64,000 nucleotides of DNA from contig SXOX01000143.1 of the NCBI GenBank assembly GCA_005776585.1, positions 6,032-70,031 on the forward strand, in the 5' to 3' direction. The DNA is from Pseudomonadota bacterium. GTDB lineage: Bacteria; Myxococcota_A; UBA9042; GCA-2863065. The position numbers and the translations under genes were made by a program. Below the pieces are notes generated by a model, which was not told where the DNA came from, did not search any database, and saw nothing but the letters and a program-made list of their open reading frames with translations. This document shows positions 39,884 to 49,229 of this stretch, piece by piece (within the stretch, counting starts at the first letter, position 1; the number at the start of each line of letters is the position of its first letter).

Positions 39884-40316
39884 CTACGGCGTCTTGAGCT
39901 TGGTCTCCCCCGTGGAGCACTTGCCTCCGACGAGGAGGGTAAGCTCAGTGCGTCGGTTCTTCTCGTAGTCGATCTCATTGGGGTTGTCGGCCCGGTAGAC
40001 CAGGCTTGCTGGCACCGAAGCCGCGCCGCGCGAGGAGCTTGGCCTCGACGCCGAGGCGGACGAGCTCGGCCTTGACGACCTTGCCGCGGTTCTTGGACAG
40101 CGTGAGGTTCTTCAGGTCGTTGCCCTCCTCGCTGGCGTGCCCGTCGACGCCGACTTCGGCTCCGTCGTGCACAGCGCCTCCGTCGCGTTCAGGCACCGCC
40201 GCCACCGACTCTGCCGCTGCCGCTGCCGCTGCTGCTGTCGCCGACTCCGGTGCCGGTGCCGTTACTGCCGCCGGTGCCAAGCCGAGCTCGGCACCTCCGG
40301 GCCGGCGGAGCGGCAA
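39884..40316 (-). pseudogene. truncated, frameshifted OmpA-domain gene remnant (mosaic of two parts of the giant gene)
   Basis: 39884-40154 is the diverged copy of 22161-22430, with a 1-nt insertion near 39993 that breaks the frame. 40149-40197 matches 25810-25858 (the TSP3 region) at ~46/52 nt. Upstream is Ala-rich low complexity with no signal peptide, and the first half of the OmpA domain is missing. Confidence 0.8.
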
Positions 40317-40393
40317 TCTCTCCTACGATCCGGGACTCGGCCCCTGCGTCAGCCGATCGGCGCGACGTGCCCGCCAGAACGCTCCTGTCGCGC

Positions 40394-41176
40394 TCAGACC
40401 CCCCGGAAGGCGGGCTTGCGCTTCTGGAAGAACGCGCTCACGCCCTCCATCATGTCGGCGCTGGCCAGGCACTGGACCTGCGCTTCGATCTCGTGGTCGA
40501 GCGCGGCAGAGAGTGTTCCCGCCGTGCCGCGCTCGAGGTTGCGCTTGGCGAGGCCCAGCGCCAACGGTGGACCGTCTGCGAGGCGCTGGGCGAGCGCCAT
40601 GGCCTCTGTCTCGACCTGGTCGTCGGCCACCACCCGTGTTGCGAGACCCAGCTCGCCGGCCCGCTTGCCGTCGAAGGTCTCGGCCAACAGCACGAGCTCC
40701 TTGGCGCGCCCCAAGCCCACGAGGCGCGAGAGGGTGAAGCTCGAGCCACCGTCGGGCACGAGCGCGATGCGGGTGAAGACGGCGCCGAGCTTGGCGTCCT
40801 CGCCGATGACCCGAAGGTCGCACGCGAGCGCGAGATCGAAGCCGAAGCCGACGGCCGGCCCCCGAATCGCTGCAACGACCGGCTTGGGCGACTCCGTCAC
40901 CGCGCGAATCAGCCGGTGGAACGTCTCGCGAATCACCTCGGCGTGGGGGCGCTTGCCGAGCTCCCCGGCCGCGGCCATGAGGTCGGCGCCCGAACAGAAG
41001 GCCTTGCCTTCGCCGGTCAACACGATGGCCCGGACGTTGCTGTCTTCGCGGGCGGTCTCGATGGCTTCTGCCAAGGCGACGCACGTAGCCGGTACCAGGC
41101 CATTGCGCGACTGCGGTCGGTTGAGGGCGATCCTGCGAATCGCACCGAGAGAAGAAACAATCACATCGTCAGCCAT
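40394..41176 (-). CDS. enoyl-CoA hydratase/isomerase (crotonase) family protein
   Basis: GGAGGA lies 5 nt upstream. Motifs: IALNRPQSRNGL, VRAIVLTGEGKAFCSGADL and PVVAAIRGPAVGFGFDLALACDLRV. Confidence 0.92.
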   Translation of the reverse strand: MADDVIVSSLGAIRRIALNRPQSRNGLVPATCVALAEAIETAREDSNVRAIVLTGEGKAFCSGADLMAAAGELGKRPHAEVIRETFHRLIRAVTESPKPVVAAIRGPAVGFGFDLALACDLRVIGEDAKLGAVFTRIALVPDGGSSFTLSRLVGLGRAKELVLLAETFDGKRAGELGLATRVVADDQVETEAMALAQRLADGPPLALGLAKRNLERGTAGTLSAALDHEIEAQVQCLASADMMEGVSAFFQKRKPAFRGV

Positions 41177-41278
41177 GAAATCCTCCGAACTCCGCGCGTC
41201 TTAGCAGCGTTCGAAGCGCCTGTCGCGCTCGTTGCCGCTCCTGTTGACGCGCTATCAGTGAGGTAGTCCACTCCCGCC

Positions 41279-42073
41279 GTGCTTCGTGCCCTCGCCATCA
41301 CGGGTGTCCTTGCCGCCACGGTTTCGGCGTGCGCCGTCGCCGCACGCGACTCTGAGGCTGCCGACACGCGGTCGCTGCGGGCGCACGAGCCGTCCTGGTA
41401 CGTGCTCGGCCGCTACTCGACGACGGTCAAGCCCGAGGAGCTCGAGCGCAACGCCAACATCGATCTCGGTACCCGGCGTGTCGACGGCTCCGTCATTCCG
41501 CCCGGCAAGCGCTGGTCGTTCAATCAGCGCGTCGGGGAGCGCAGCTTCGAGCGGGGCTATCGCGCTGCACCCACGCTCACCATCGAGGGAAAGCGCGCAG
41601 CCGTCGGCGGGGGTATCTGCCTCGTCAGCTCCGTCGTGTTCAACGCGGTGCTCCTCGCCGATCTCGCCATCATTCAGCGCGCACCCCACTCCCGGCCCAT
41701 CCCGTACGTGCCGCTCGGCCGTGACGCCACGGTCTCCTTCGGGCACCACGATCTCGTCGTCGAGAATGGCCACCCGTTTCCGGTCCGTCTGCGGGCCTGG
41801 ATGGACGGCTCTCGCATTACCGTCGAGGTGCTTGGGACTGCGCGGCTTGCGCACGAGATCGCCCTTGAGACCGCCGACGAGGAGCCCGCCAGCCTTCGCC
41901 GCGAGATTCAGGCGCTGCCCACGGGTGACGACAAGATCCGTATTGGCGGCGTGTGGGTGCGCCTCTACCGCCATCGAAAGCGGCACGGCTCGGTCGTAGC
42001 CACCGAGCGCATCGGGACCTCGAGCTACTATCCGTTTCGAATCGTCCCGCGCGACGAGCGGCGCTCCCCGTGA
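41279..42073 (+). CDS. VanW-domain lipoprotein
   Basis: GTG start, lipobox ATVSAC. PGKRWSFNQRVGERSFERGY...GGGICLVSSVVFNAVLLADLAIIQRAPHSRPIPYVPLGRDATVSFGHHDLVVEN is the VanW core. Confidence 0.85.
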   Translation: MLRALAITGVLAATVSACAVAARDSEAADTRSLRAHEPSWYVLGRYSTTVKPEELERNANIDLGTRRVDGSVIPPGKRWSFNQRVGERSFERGYRAAPTLTIEGKRAAVGGGICLVSSVVFNAVLLADLAIIQRAPHSRPIPYVPLGRDATVSFGHHDLVVENGHPFPVRLRAWMDGSRITVEVLGTARLAHEIALETADEEPASLRREIQALPTGDDKIRIGGVWVRLYRHRKRHGSVVATERIGTSSYYPFRIVPRDERRSP

Positions 42074-42078
42074 GAGCA

Positions 42079-42714
42079 ATGCTGCTTTTCACGGTGGCGC
42101 TGTCGCGACTCGCGGCCGCCGAGGAATCGCCCTTTCTCGAGACCGCGCGCCCGTTCGCGGCGCTGCACGGCCCTCGCCTCGTCGCCTTGGCGCGCGCCAC
42201 GCTGGATCGGGTCGTCCTGCACGGCGACTCCGACCCGCCGACGCCGCCACAGGGTGTCCCTGCGCCGTTTGGCGTGTTCATCACGCTCGTCCGCGACGGC
42301 GACGTCCGTGGCTGCTACGGCACGATGGAGCCCTCCAGCCGCTCGGTCGAGGGGCTCGTCGTCGACGCAACCCTCGGTGCCGCGCGTCAGGATCCGCGCA
42401 ATCGGCCCATTGCGGGACACGAGCTCGGCCGCATCGAGATCGTGCTGTCGTTCGCGGGCCCCACGATCCCGATGCTGGCCATGACCGAGGTCGATCCCAA
42501 GCGGGAGGGCCTGCTCGTCCGCGCGGGGTTGCGCAATTCGGTGCTGCTGCCGGGCGAGGCGCGCACGGCGCGATGGCAGCTCCAGCGCAGCCTGCGTCAG
42601 GCCGGAATTCGTCGCGGCGAAGCCTACGAGATGTTCCGCTTTCGCACGGTGACGGTGTATGAACGCGGCGGCGCGGGAGTCGCCCGCCGCCGCACAGGGG
42701 GTCGTGCCCCCTGA
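42079..42714 (+). CDS. AMMECR1-domain protein with an apparent N-terminal signal-like segment
   Basis: ATG 42079 lies 6 nt after the VanW stop. FGVFITLVRDGDVRGCYGTMEP and AARQDPRNRPI match the AMMECR1 signature (LRGCIG ... DPRF.P). The N-terminus is MLLFTVALSRLAAAEE. Confidence 0.75.
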   Translation: MLLFTVALSRLAAAEESPFLETARPFAALHGPRLVALARATLDRVVLHGDSDPPTPPQGVPAPFGVFITLVRDGDVRGCYGTMEPSSRSVEGLVVDATLGAARQDPRNRPIAGHELGRIEIVLSFAGPTIPMLAMTEVDPKREGLLVRAGLRNSVLLPGEARTARWQLQRSLRQAGIRRGEAYEMFRFRTVTVYERGGAGVARRRTGGRAP

Positions 42715-42732
42715 AGCCCTGGAGGAGTGCTC

Positions 42733-45700
42733 ATGTTGCGTTCGATTCGAATCCTGCTTTCCCTGGCGCTGGTCTGCGTCTCGTCGATGGCCTTGGCCGC
42801 GGACACGGACCCACCGGGCCTCGACATGCCCCGTGGCGTCATCAAGGGCAAGCTCGTGCGCGAGGACACCGCCGATCCCATCGGTCGCATGTGGCTCACC
42901 CTGTCTGCGCCCGACCGGCGCTACTCGCGCTCGGCCTCGACCGACACCTTCGGGCGCTTCGAGTTCGTTCACATTCCCAAGGGCGACGGCTATCGACTGA
43001 CGTTCTTCAACGACGGCTACGCGACGCGCGAGTACGGCCCCTTCTCGGTCAAAGACGAGAGCACCCCCGTCACCCTCGACTGGAAGGCCAAGCCCGTACC
43101 GCCCCAGGCCGTGCCGTACACGTACAGCGACACCTTCCTGCCCGGAGAGAACATCACCGTGATGGTGCGCTCCATCCGGGTCGTCGCCGTCGACGTCGAC
43201 GTCTATCGCGTGCCGGCGGCCGAGGTGAAGGAGAAGCTCTCGGGCTTCACCGACCGCAAGCGCCTCAAGCTCGAGAAGGGCTGGAAGCCGGTGCTCACCT
43301 ATCGGCAACCGGTGGCAGCCAAGGGCGACCTCATCTGGAGGCAGTCCAAGGTCGAGCCGGCGTTCCAGGATCCGGGCCTCTACGTGATTCGGGTGCGTGC
43401 GGGCACGACTGAGAAGCTCATCCCGGTCGTGGTCACAAACCTCGCGCTCGTCACCAAGCGCACTCCTGACGCGGTCTGGGTCTGGGCCGCCAACCTGAAG
43501 ACGGGCGCGCCCGTGGCCGGCGTCGAGGTGGGCTGCGAGCCCGCCGATCCGACCGGCAAGGCGCTCAGCCCCAAGCCCGAGGCGTGTGCGTCGGGCACGA
43601 CCGACAAGAGCGGCCTCGTGAAGTTCGCCGGCAGCGGCAAGGGCAATCTGCGCTACTGGGGCTTCTCGGGCGAGAGCATGGGTTACGTCGACACCGTCCC
43701 CTCCGCCGCGGCCAAGAGCCTCGAGTTCCGGACCTACGTCTACACCGATCGCCCCGCCTATCGCCCCGGCGATGAGCTGAGCTTCAAGGTCGTCGCCCGT
43801 TCCAGCGAGGCGGGCTCCTATCGCGTGGTCCCCAACGAGGAATGGACGGTCACGATCAAGGACCCGGAGGACGAGGTCGTCTCCACCAAGACCTACACGA
43901 CGGGCGCGTTCGGCACCTTCAACGGCGCCTTCGTGCTGCCGCCCGAGCCGGCGCTCGGCACGTGGTCCATCACCGCGGAGTCCGATGGTCGGGTGCAGTC
44001 CGGCTTCTTCAAGGTGCTCGCCTATCGCAAACCGGACTTCAAGCTCGATCTCTCCACGCCGCGCCCGCAGGTCGTGCAGGGAAACCCGGTGCAGGTCGAC
44101 GTGAGCGGCCAATACTACTTTGGCGCGCCCCTGCGGGGGGCCAAGGCCACGTATACCGTCTACGAGACGCAGTTCCGGCCCTGGTGGTACGACACCTATT
44201 GGGGCGAGTACGAGGGCGAGGGCGCCGAGACGTATGGATACGGCTCCGTCGTACAGAACGGCACGGTCACCCTCGACGACGCCGGGCGGGCCCGCATCTC
44301 CGTCGAGGTCGAGCGCGCGAGCGTGGACCGCAACGTGACCGTCGAGGTCGTCATCGCCGATGCGACCGGCCGCGAGGTCTCCGCGCGCCAGAAGGTGCTC
44401 GTCACGCGCGGCACGTTCAGCCTGGGCGTCGTCTCCGATGGCCGCATCTACAAGGTCGGCGAGACGGCCACCTTTACCGTCGACACCGCCCGCTTCGATG
44501 GCGCGCCCTCGTCGCGGCCCGTGACGCTCACCGCGTCGCTCGAGACCTGGGACGCCGCGCACAAGATCTGGATCTACAAGGATCTCGCCACCCAGTCGGT
44601 AACGACCGACGTGAAGGGCAAGGCGACGTGGAAGTACAAGGTCCCGCGCGACGGCTTCATCCGGGTCGAGGCCGCGGCTGAAGACGAACTCAAGAACCCC
44701 ATCGTCCAGTCGTCGTTTTTTTGGGCGACCAAGGCCGCCGTCGTCTCCGGCGGCTACAAGAAGAAGTCCATCGACATCGTGGCCGATCGCGGGGGCTACA
44801 AGTCCGGTGACACGGCACGCGTGCTCGTGAATACGACACGTGAGTCGCCCTGGGTGCTGTTCACGGTCGAAGGCGACGGCGTCTTCGAAGCGCGCGTCGA
44901 GAAGGTCACCGGCAACAGCCGGATGGTGGAGGTCAAGCTCGGACCCAAGCACGCGCCCAACGTCTACCTCGGGGTCGCCTACGTCGGGGACAAGCAGTTC
45001 GGCTCGCTCCAGCGGAGCATCGAGGTCTCGCCCAAAGAGAAGATCCTCAAAATCGGGCTGGCCTCGGACAAGGCCGTCTACGAGCCCGGCCAGAAGGCCA
45101 AGTACACGGTCACCGTGACCGATCCCGCGGGGAAGCCGGCGGAGGCGGAGGTCTCGCTGGCGCTCGTCGATCAAGCCATCTACGCGATCTCGCCGGAGCT
45201 TGCGCCCGACATGGCCCGTTTTTTTTACGGCACGCGGCCCAACCCCACGACGACCTCACACTCGTTTCCGCAACGATACTTGGGCGGCGCGGACAAGGAC
45301 ACCGAGGACAAGTCCTCGAAGCCGCGACGGGACTTCAAGGACACCGCGTTCTGGCACGCGGCCGTCGTGACCGACGCGACCGGAAAGGCCGTCGTCGAGA
45401 TCCCGCTCCCGGACAACCTGACGACGTGGCGCCTGACCGTGCGCGGCGTGACTAAGAGCACGCTAGTTGGGACCGCGACCCACGAGATCAAGACCTCGAA
45501 GAACCTGATGGCTACCATCGCCCTCCCGCGGTTCGTGCGCCATGGCGACCGCATCGAGGTCGTGGGCATGATCCACAACCGCAGCGAAGACCTGCCGGCC
45601 GTCACGGCGACGCTTTCGGTGAAGGGCGAGGCGACGATCGACGGCGCGGCGACCATTACCATTCCCATCAAGTCGAACACGAGCCACGCGCATCGCTGGG

Positions 45701-47391
45701 CGGTGCAGATCAAAGGCGGCGCCTCGGCCGTCTTCACGATTTCGGCGGCAGGCGGCAAGTTCAAGGATGCCGAGGAGCGCACCATCACCGCGTCGCCGGT
45801 CATGGTCGAGCGCATCGCCGGCGCCTCGGGTTCGTTCACGGCCTCGGGACAGGCCACCGTCACGGTTCCGGAGGCCGTCCCAGGGACCGCCCGGCTGGGC
45901 GTGCGCTTAGCGCCGTCGCTTGCGGCCGCCGTCGTCGAGAGCTTGGAGGACTTGGCCACGTTCCCCTACGGCTGCGTCGAGCAGACGATGTCTAGCTTCA
46001 TCCCCGACGTCGTCGCCTCCAAGGCGCTGCAAGCGCTGAAAGGGCTGCCACGAACCGGCAAGCTCCGCGCGCTGGACCAGATGGTCAAGCGCGGCCTGGA
46101 CCGCATCGAGGACCTGCGGCGCGATGATGGCGCCTTCGGCTGGTGGGAGGGCGATGCTCCCAACGGCTACCTCACGGCGTACGTGCTCTACGGGCTCGGA
46201 AAGGCGCGGGGAGCGGGGTTCACGGTCTCCGATGACGCGCTCACGCGCACGCATGACGCGCTCGTCTCGCTGCGCAAGTCGACGGGCGATTGGACCGCGC
46301 GGGCCTTCATGGCGCTCGCGATTGCGCAGCTACCCAAGACCTTCAAGGACCCGCTCGCGAACCTGCCGGCGGAGCTCACGGCCATTCGAGCGCACGTCGC
46401 CGACCTCGACCCGTATGGCCTTGCCGTCGCGATCCTCGCGCACGCCGGCGTCGGTCGCCTGTCGGAGGCGGCTCCGCTCGTGGAGGCACTGAGAAAGCGG
46501 GCGGAGCTCGTGGGCGATCTCGCCTCGTTCCCCGGCTCACTGTCGCGCTATTCGTGGTCGGACAACACCCACGAGACGACCGCCTACGCCGCTCGGGCGC
46601 TGCTGGCCGCCGATCCCAAGGACTCGTTGGCGCAGAAGGCCATCGCGTGGCTCCTCGCGCGTCGCAAGGGCGGCTTCTGGGACACGACCAAGGACACGGC
46701 CGCGGCGGTCGAGGCGATCGTGAGCTTTGCGCAGTCCACCGGCGAGCTCGAGGGCCGCTATCGCGCCACGGTGACCCTGAACGGCGCGCCCGCGGGTGAT
46801 CTCGAGGCCAAGGGCGCGCTTCTCTGGAAGGACCTGCCCATCCCGGCGGACAAGGTCCGTGGGGGTGAGAACCTGCTCGCCGTGACGTTCGACCCGGGCT
46901 CCAAGGGCTCGCTCTACTGGAGCGCCAAGGTGCGCTACGGCGCCACGCCGGTCGAGCGCAAAGAGGGGCTCACGGTCTCACGGACTCTCCGTCGCGTGGT
47001 CACCGAGCGCGTCGGTACGGAGTTCAAGACGCGGCTCGAGCCCGTCGAGCAGCGGGGTCTCGCGATTGGCGACGTCGTCGACGTTCGGATCGACGTCGAG
47101 GCGCCCACCAGCATGGACTACCTCATCGTGGAGGATCCGCTGCCATCTGGGTTCGAGGTCTCGACCCAGGATCGCGGCGGCGCCGTCCGACGGGAGGTGC
47201 GCGACAACCGCGTGGCGTTCTTCCAGACCCGGATCGGCAAGGGTCGCACGAGCTTCACCTATCAAATGCGGGCCGAGATGGCCGGGACCGTCACCGCGGC
47301 GCCGACGGCCGCTTGGCTCATGTACCTGCCACAGGTCTTCGGCAACGGTGCCCCGGACACGCTGCAGACGGCGGTCCCGACGGGCAAGTGA
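42733..47391 (+). CDS. bacterial alpha-2-macroglobulin family protein with thioester motif
   Basis: GGAGGAG lies 5 nt upstream of ATG 42733 (the ORF-track GTG 42727 is less likely). Signal peptide MLRSIRILLSLALVCVSSMALA|AD. A CarboxypepD_reg-like N-terminal domain is followed by MG-domain-like repeats. Thioester FPYGCVEQTMSSF has CVEQ at 45973-45984. Confidence 0.92.
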   Translation: MLRSIRILLSLALVCVSSMALAADTDPPGLDMPRGVIKGKLVREDTADPIGRMWLTLSAPDRRYSRSASTDTFGRFEFVHIPKGDGYRLTFFNDGYATREYGPFSVKDESTPVTLDWKAKPVPPQAVPYTYSDTFLPGENITVMVRSIRVVAVDVDVYRVPAAEVKEKLSGFTDRKRLKLEKGWKPVLTYRQPVAAKGDLIWRQSKVEPAFQDPGLYVIRVRAGTTEKLIPVVVTNLALVTKRTPDAVWVWAANLKTGAPVAGVEVGCEPADPTGKALSPKPEACASGTTDKSGLVKFAGSGKGNLRYWGFSGESMGYVDTVPSAAAKSLEFRTYVYTDRPAYRPGDELSFKVVARSSEAGSYRVVPNEEWTVTIKDPEDEVVSTKTYTTGAFGTFNGAFVLPPEPALGTWSITAESDGRVQSGFFKVLAYRKPDFKLDLSTPRPQVVQGNPVQVDVSGQYYFGAPLRGAKATYTVYETQFRPWWYDTYWGEYEGEGAETYGYGSVVQNGTVTLDDAGRARISVEVERASVDRNVTVEVVIADATGREVSARQKVLVTRGTFSLGVVSDGRIYKVGETATFTVDTARFDGAPSSRPVTLTASLETWDAAHKIWIYKDLATQSVTTDVKGKATWKYKVPRDGFIRVEAAAEDELKNPIVQSSFFWATKAAVVSGGYKKKSIDIVADRGGYKSGDTARVLVNTTRESPWVLFTVEGDGVFEARVEKVTGNSRMVEVKLGPKHAPNVYLGVAYVGDKQFGSLQRSIEVSPKEKILKIGLASDKAVYEPGQKAKYTVTVTDPAGKPAEAEVSLALVDQAIYAISPELAPDMARFFYGTRPNPTTTSHSFPQRYLGGADKDTEDKSSKPRRDFKDTAFWHAAVVTDATGKAVVEIPLPDNLTTWRLTVRGVTKSTLVGTATHEIKTSKNLMATIALPRFVRHGDRIEVVGMIHNRSEDLPAVTATLSVKGEATIDGAATITIPIKSNTSHAHRWAVQIKGGASAVFTISAAGGKFKDAEERTITASPVMVERIAGASGSFTASGQATVTVPEAVPGTARLGVRLAPSLAAAVVESLEDLATFPYGCVEQTMSSFIPDVVASKALQALKGLPRTGKLRALDQMVKRGLDRIEDLRRDDGAFGWWEGDAPNGYLTAYVLYGLGKARGAGFTVSDDALTRTHDALVSLRKSTGDWTARAFMALAIAQLPKTFKDPLANLPAELTAIRAHVADLDPYGLAVAILAHAGVGRLSEAAPLVEALRKRAELVGDLASFPGSLSRYSWSDNTHETTAYAARALLAADPKDSLAQKAIAWLLARRKGGFWDTTKDTAAAVEAIVSFAQSTGELEGRYRATVTLNGAPAGDLEAKGALLWKDLPIPADKVRGGENLLAVTFDPGSKGSLYWSAKVRYGATPVERKEGLTVSRTLRRVVTERVGTEFKTRLEPVEQRGLAIGDVVDVRIDVEAPTSMDYLIVEDPLPSGFEVSTQDRGGAVRREVRDNRVAFFQTRIGKGRTSFTYQMRAEMAGTVTAAPTAAWLMYLPQVFGNGAPDTLQTAVPTGK

Positions 47392-48371
47392 GGCGCACCG
47401 GCGCAGTCCTGGTCCTGATCCTCGGCGTGAGCGGTGGCTGCCGCCGCGACGAGGACGCGTCGGGGCAGCCGGTCAAGCCTGCGGCGCCCGAGGCCCCGGA
47501 GCCCGAGCGTCGGTCGTTTTTGAAGGAGCCTGCCGGCGTCCCGCCCGATCCGCTGGTGCCCAAGCTGCTCGAGATCGAGGTGCGCGCCGCTACGGACGTG
47601 AGCGCGCTCAGGCTCGACGAGGTCCAGGGCAAGACTCGCGTCGTCCGCTCCGAAGGGCCGGAGGTCGCCGCTTTCCTCAAGGCCTACGCCGCGTGGTATG
47701 CGCCGCTCGATGCGCCCGCGGACGCGACCATGGGCGTCGCACCCGAGCTCGGCATGGCGTTTCCGGCCGCACGCGTCGCGCTTGCCGGCACTGCGTCCTT
47801 GCGGCGACAGGAGCTGCTCGCGCTCGTCGCCCAGGGTGCTCGAGGCAACCTCATCTTGTGGTTCGACGTGATGGCCATGCGTTCGCGCCTCACGGGCGGA
47901 GGCGTCACCGGCGCGTGGCGCGGCATCACGCGGCTGCGAGATGACATCCCCGGAGAGGGCCCCAAGCTCGGCGGCACGCCCGTCCTACGCGGCGCGGCCA
48001 TCGCGGCGCTCGATGTGCCGCTTCTGCCCGAGCCGCTGCCGTCGCCCTTTCGTGCGCTGGTGACCGAGGACGCGTGTCTCGGTCCAAAGCGTGAGCACGA
48101 GGCGCGACGCTCTCGGGTTGGGAAGGCTGGCCCCGACGCCAAGGTCCCGACGCTCGAGTCGCTCCCGGTGGCCTGGCGTGGCGCGTTCGAGGCACCCGAC
48201 GGAACGCGCGTCGCATGGCTGCTCCCCGCTTCGACCGACGCGCTCGCCGGTGCGCTCGACGCCACGACGGAGGCGCTGGTCCCCGTGCTCAAGCAGGGTG
48301 GCAAGGCGTGGGTGCTCGTCGCGTTGCCGTTGGCCGAGGAGTACCTGCCCGAGGGGTCGCCGACCCGTTGA
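47388..48371 (+). CDS. lipoprotein, function unknown
   Basis: GTG 47388 overlaps the A2M stop (GTGA), giving VRRTGAVLVLILGVSGGC (lipobox). Confidence 0.65.
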   Translation: MRRTGAVLVLILGVSGGCRRDEDASGQPVKPAAPEAPEPERRSFLKEPAGVPPDPLVPKLLEIEVRAATDVSALRLDEVQGKTRVVRSEGPEVAAFLKAYAAWYAPLDAPADATMGVAPELGMAFPAARVALAGTASLRRQELLALVAQGARGNLILWFDVMAMRSRLTGGGVTGAWRGITRLRDDIPGEGPKLGGTPVLRGAAIAALDVPLLPEPLPSPFRALVTEDACLGPKREHEARRSRVGKAGPDAKVPTLESLPVAWRGAFEAPDGTRVAWLLPASTDALAGALDATTEALVPVLKQGGKAWVLVALPLAEEYLPEGSPTR

Positions 48372-48418
48372 CGTCGGCTTCGAGTTGCATTGGGCCCTAA
48401 GCGCGCCACAATGGCCTC

Positions 48419-48718
48419 ATGAAGACGGCTACCATATCCCAAACCAAGAACTCGTTGAGTGCGCTGCTCGACCTCGTTCGGCAAGGTGAGACCATCCTCA
48501 TCATGGATCGCACGTGCCCCATCGCGCGGATAGAGCCCATCGTTCGCGGTGACGCGTCAGACACGGTCGGCCGCATCGAGCGGCTCGAGCGAGGCGGCTG
48601 GATCCGTCGCGGCAACGAATCCCTTCCCGATGAGCTTCTCGACGAGCCACCGCCGATGCCGCGCGCAGGAGCCGACATTCTTGCCGTCTTGCTTTCTGAG
48701 CGGGACGCGTCGCGATGA
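48419..48718 (+). CDS. type II antitoxin, Phd/YefM (prevent-host-death) family
   Basis: MKTATISQTKNSLSALLDLVRQGETILIMDRTCPIARIEP is a typical N-terminus. ATGA overlap with the downstream PIN gene. Confidence 0.85.
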   Translation: MKTATISQTKNSLSALLDLVRQGETILIMDRTCPIARIEPIVRGDASDTVGRIERLERGGWIRRGNESLPDELLDEPPPMPRAGADILAVLLSERDASR

Positions 48719-49140
48719 AGTTCTGGGACAGCTCGGGCATCGTCCCTTTGCTCGTCACCCAGTCAACGACGGCACGACTCTTGGACCTCTACCGCGAGGA
48801 TTCCGCGCTCGCCGCCTGGTGGGGCAGCCGTACTGAGTGCGACTCAGCGGTCGCACGGCTCGAACGTGAGGGCGCCCTGACGACAGCCGAAACCACGCGA
48901 GCCCTGAAGCGCCTGACGTCGCTGTCCGGACGCTGGCGGGAGGTGCAGCCGCTTCCGGAGCTGCGCGATATCGCACGCCGCTACCTTCGGACGCACCCGC
49001 TGCGGGCCGGAGACGCGCTTCAGCTCGCCGCGGCGTTCGTCGTTGCCGAGCGCCAACCAGAGTCGCTCGAGTTCGTTTGTCTCGACGACCGCTTGAGCGT
49101 GGCCGCCGAGCGCGAAGGGTTCCCTGTCATCCGGGTGTGA
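48715..49140 (+). CDS. vapC: type II toxin, PIN-domain ribonuclease VapC family
   Basis: Acidic residues sit in canonical PIN positions (MKFWDSSGIV, GDALQLAAA, CLDDRL), it is 141 aa long, and it is coupled to the antitoxin. Confidence 0.85.
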   Translation: MKFWDSSGIVPLLVTQSTTARLLDLYREDSALAAWWGSRTECDSAVARLEREGALTTAETTRALKRLTSLSGRWREVQPLPELRDIARRYLRTHPLRAGDALQLAAAFVVAERQPESLEFVCLDDRLSVAAEREGFPVIRV

Positions 49141-49229
49141 ACGGGATGAGGGCGCAGCGAAACCGCTTGACGCCTTCACCCTTCGACGTGTACAAGTCCC
49201 GCGCTTCCACGACTTGGGAGCCTGTCGCC

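Noticed and set aside
39975-40316. A 113-aa ORF that could be annotated as a small OmpA-like gene.
   Set aside because: It contains only the second half of an OmpA-like domain and loses the homologous frame at the 1-nt insertion. It also has an Ala-rich N-terminus with no signal peptide. It is treated as a pseudogene.
40006-41266. Plus-strand ORFs (243, 355 and 338 aa) overlapping the crotonase gene.
   Set aside because: They are antisense to a gene with textbook enoyl-CoA hydratase motifs and a strong SD. Their translations are Arg/Pro/Ala-rich.
42028-45174. A 1048-aa minus-strand ORF antisense to the alpha-2-macroglobulin gene.
   Set aside because: It is the same kind of GC artefact. The plus frame carries the A2M signal peptide, MG-like repeats and the thioester.
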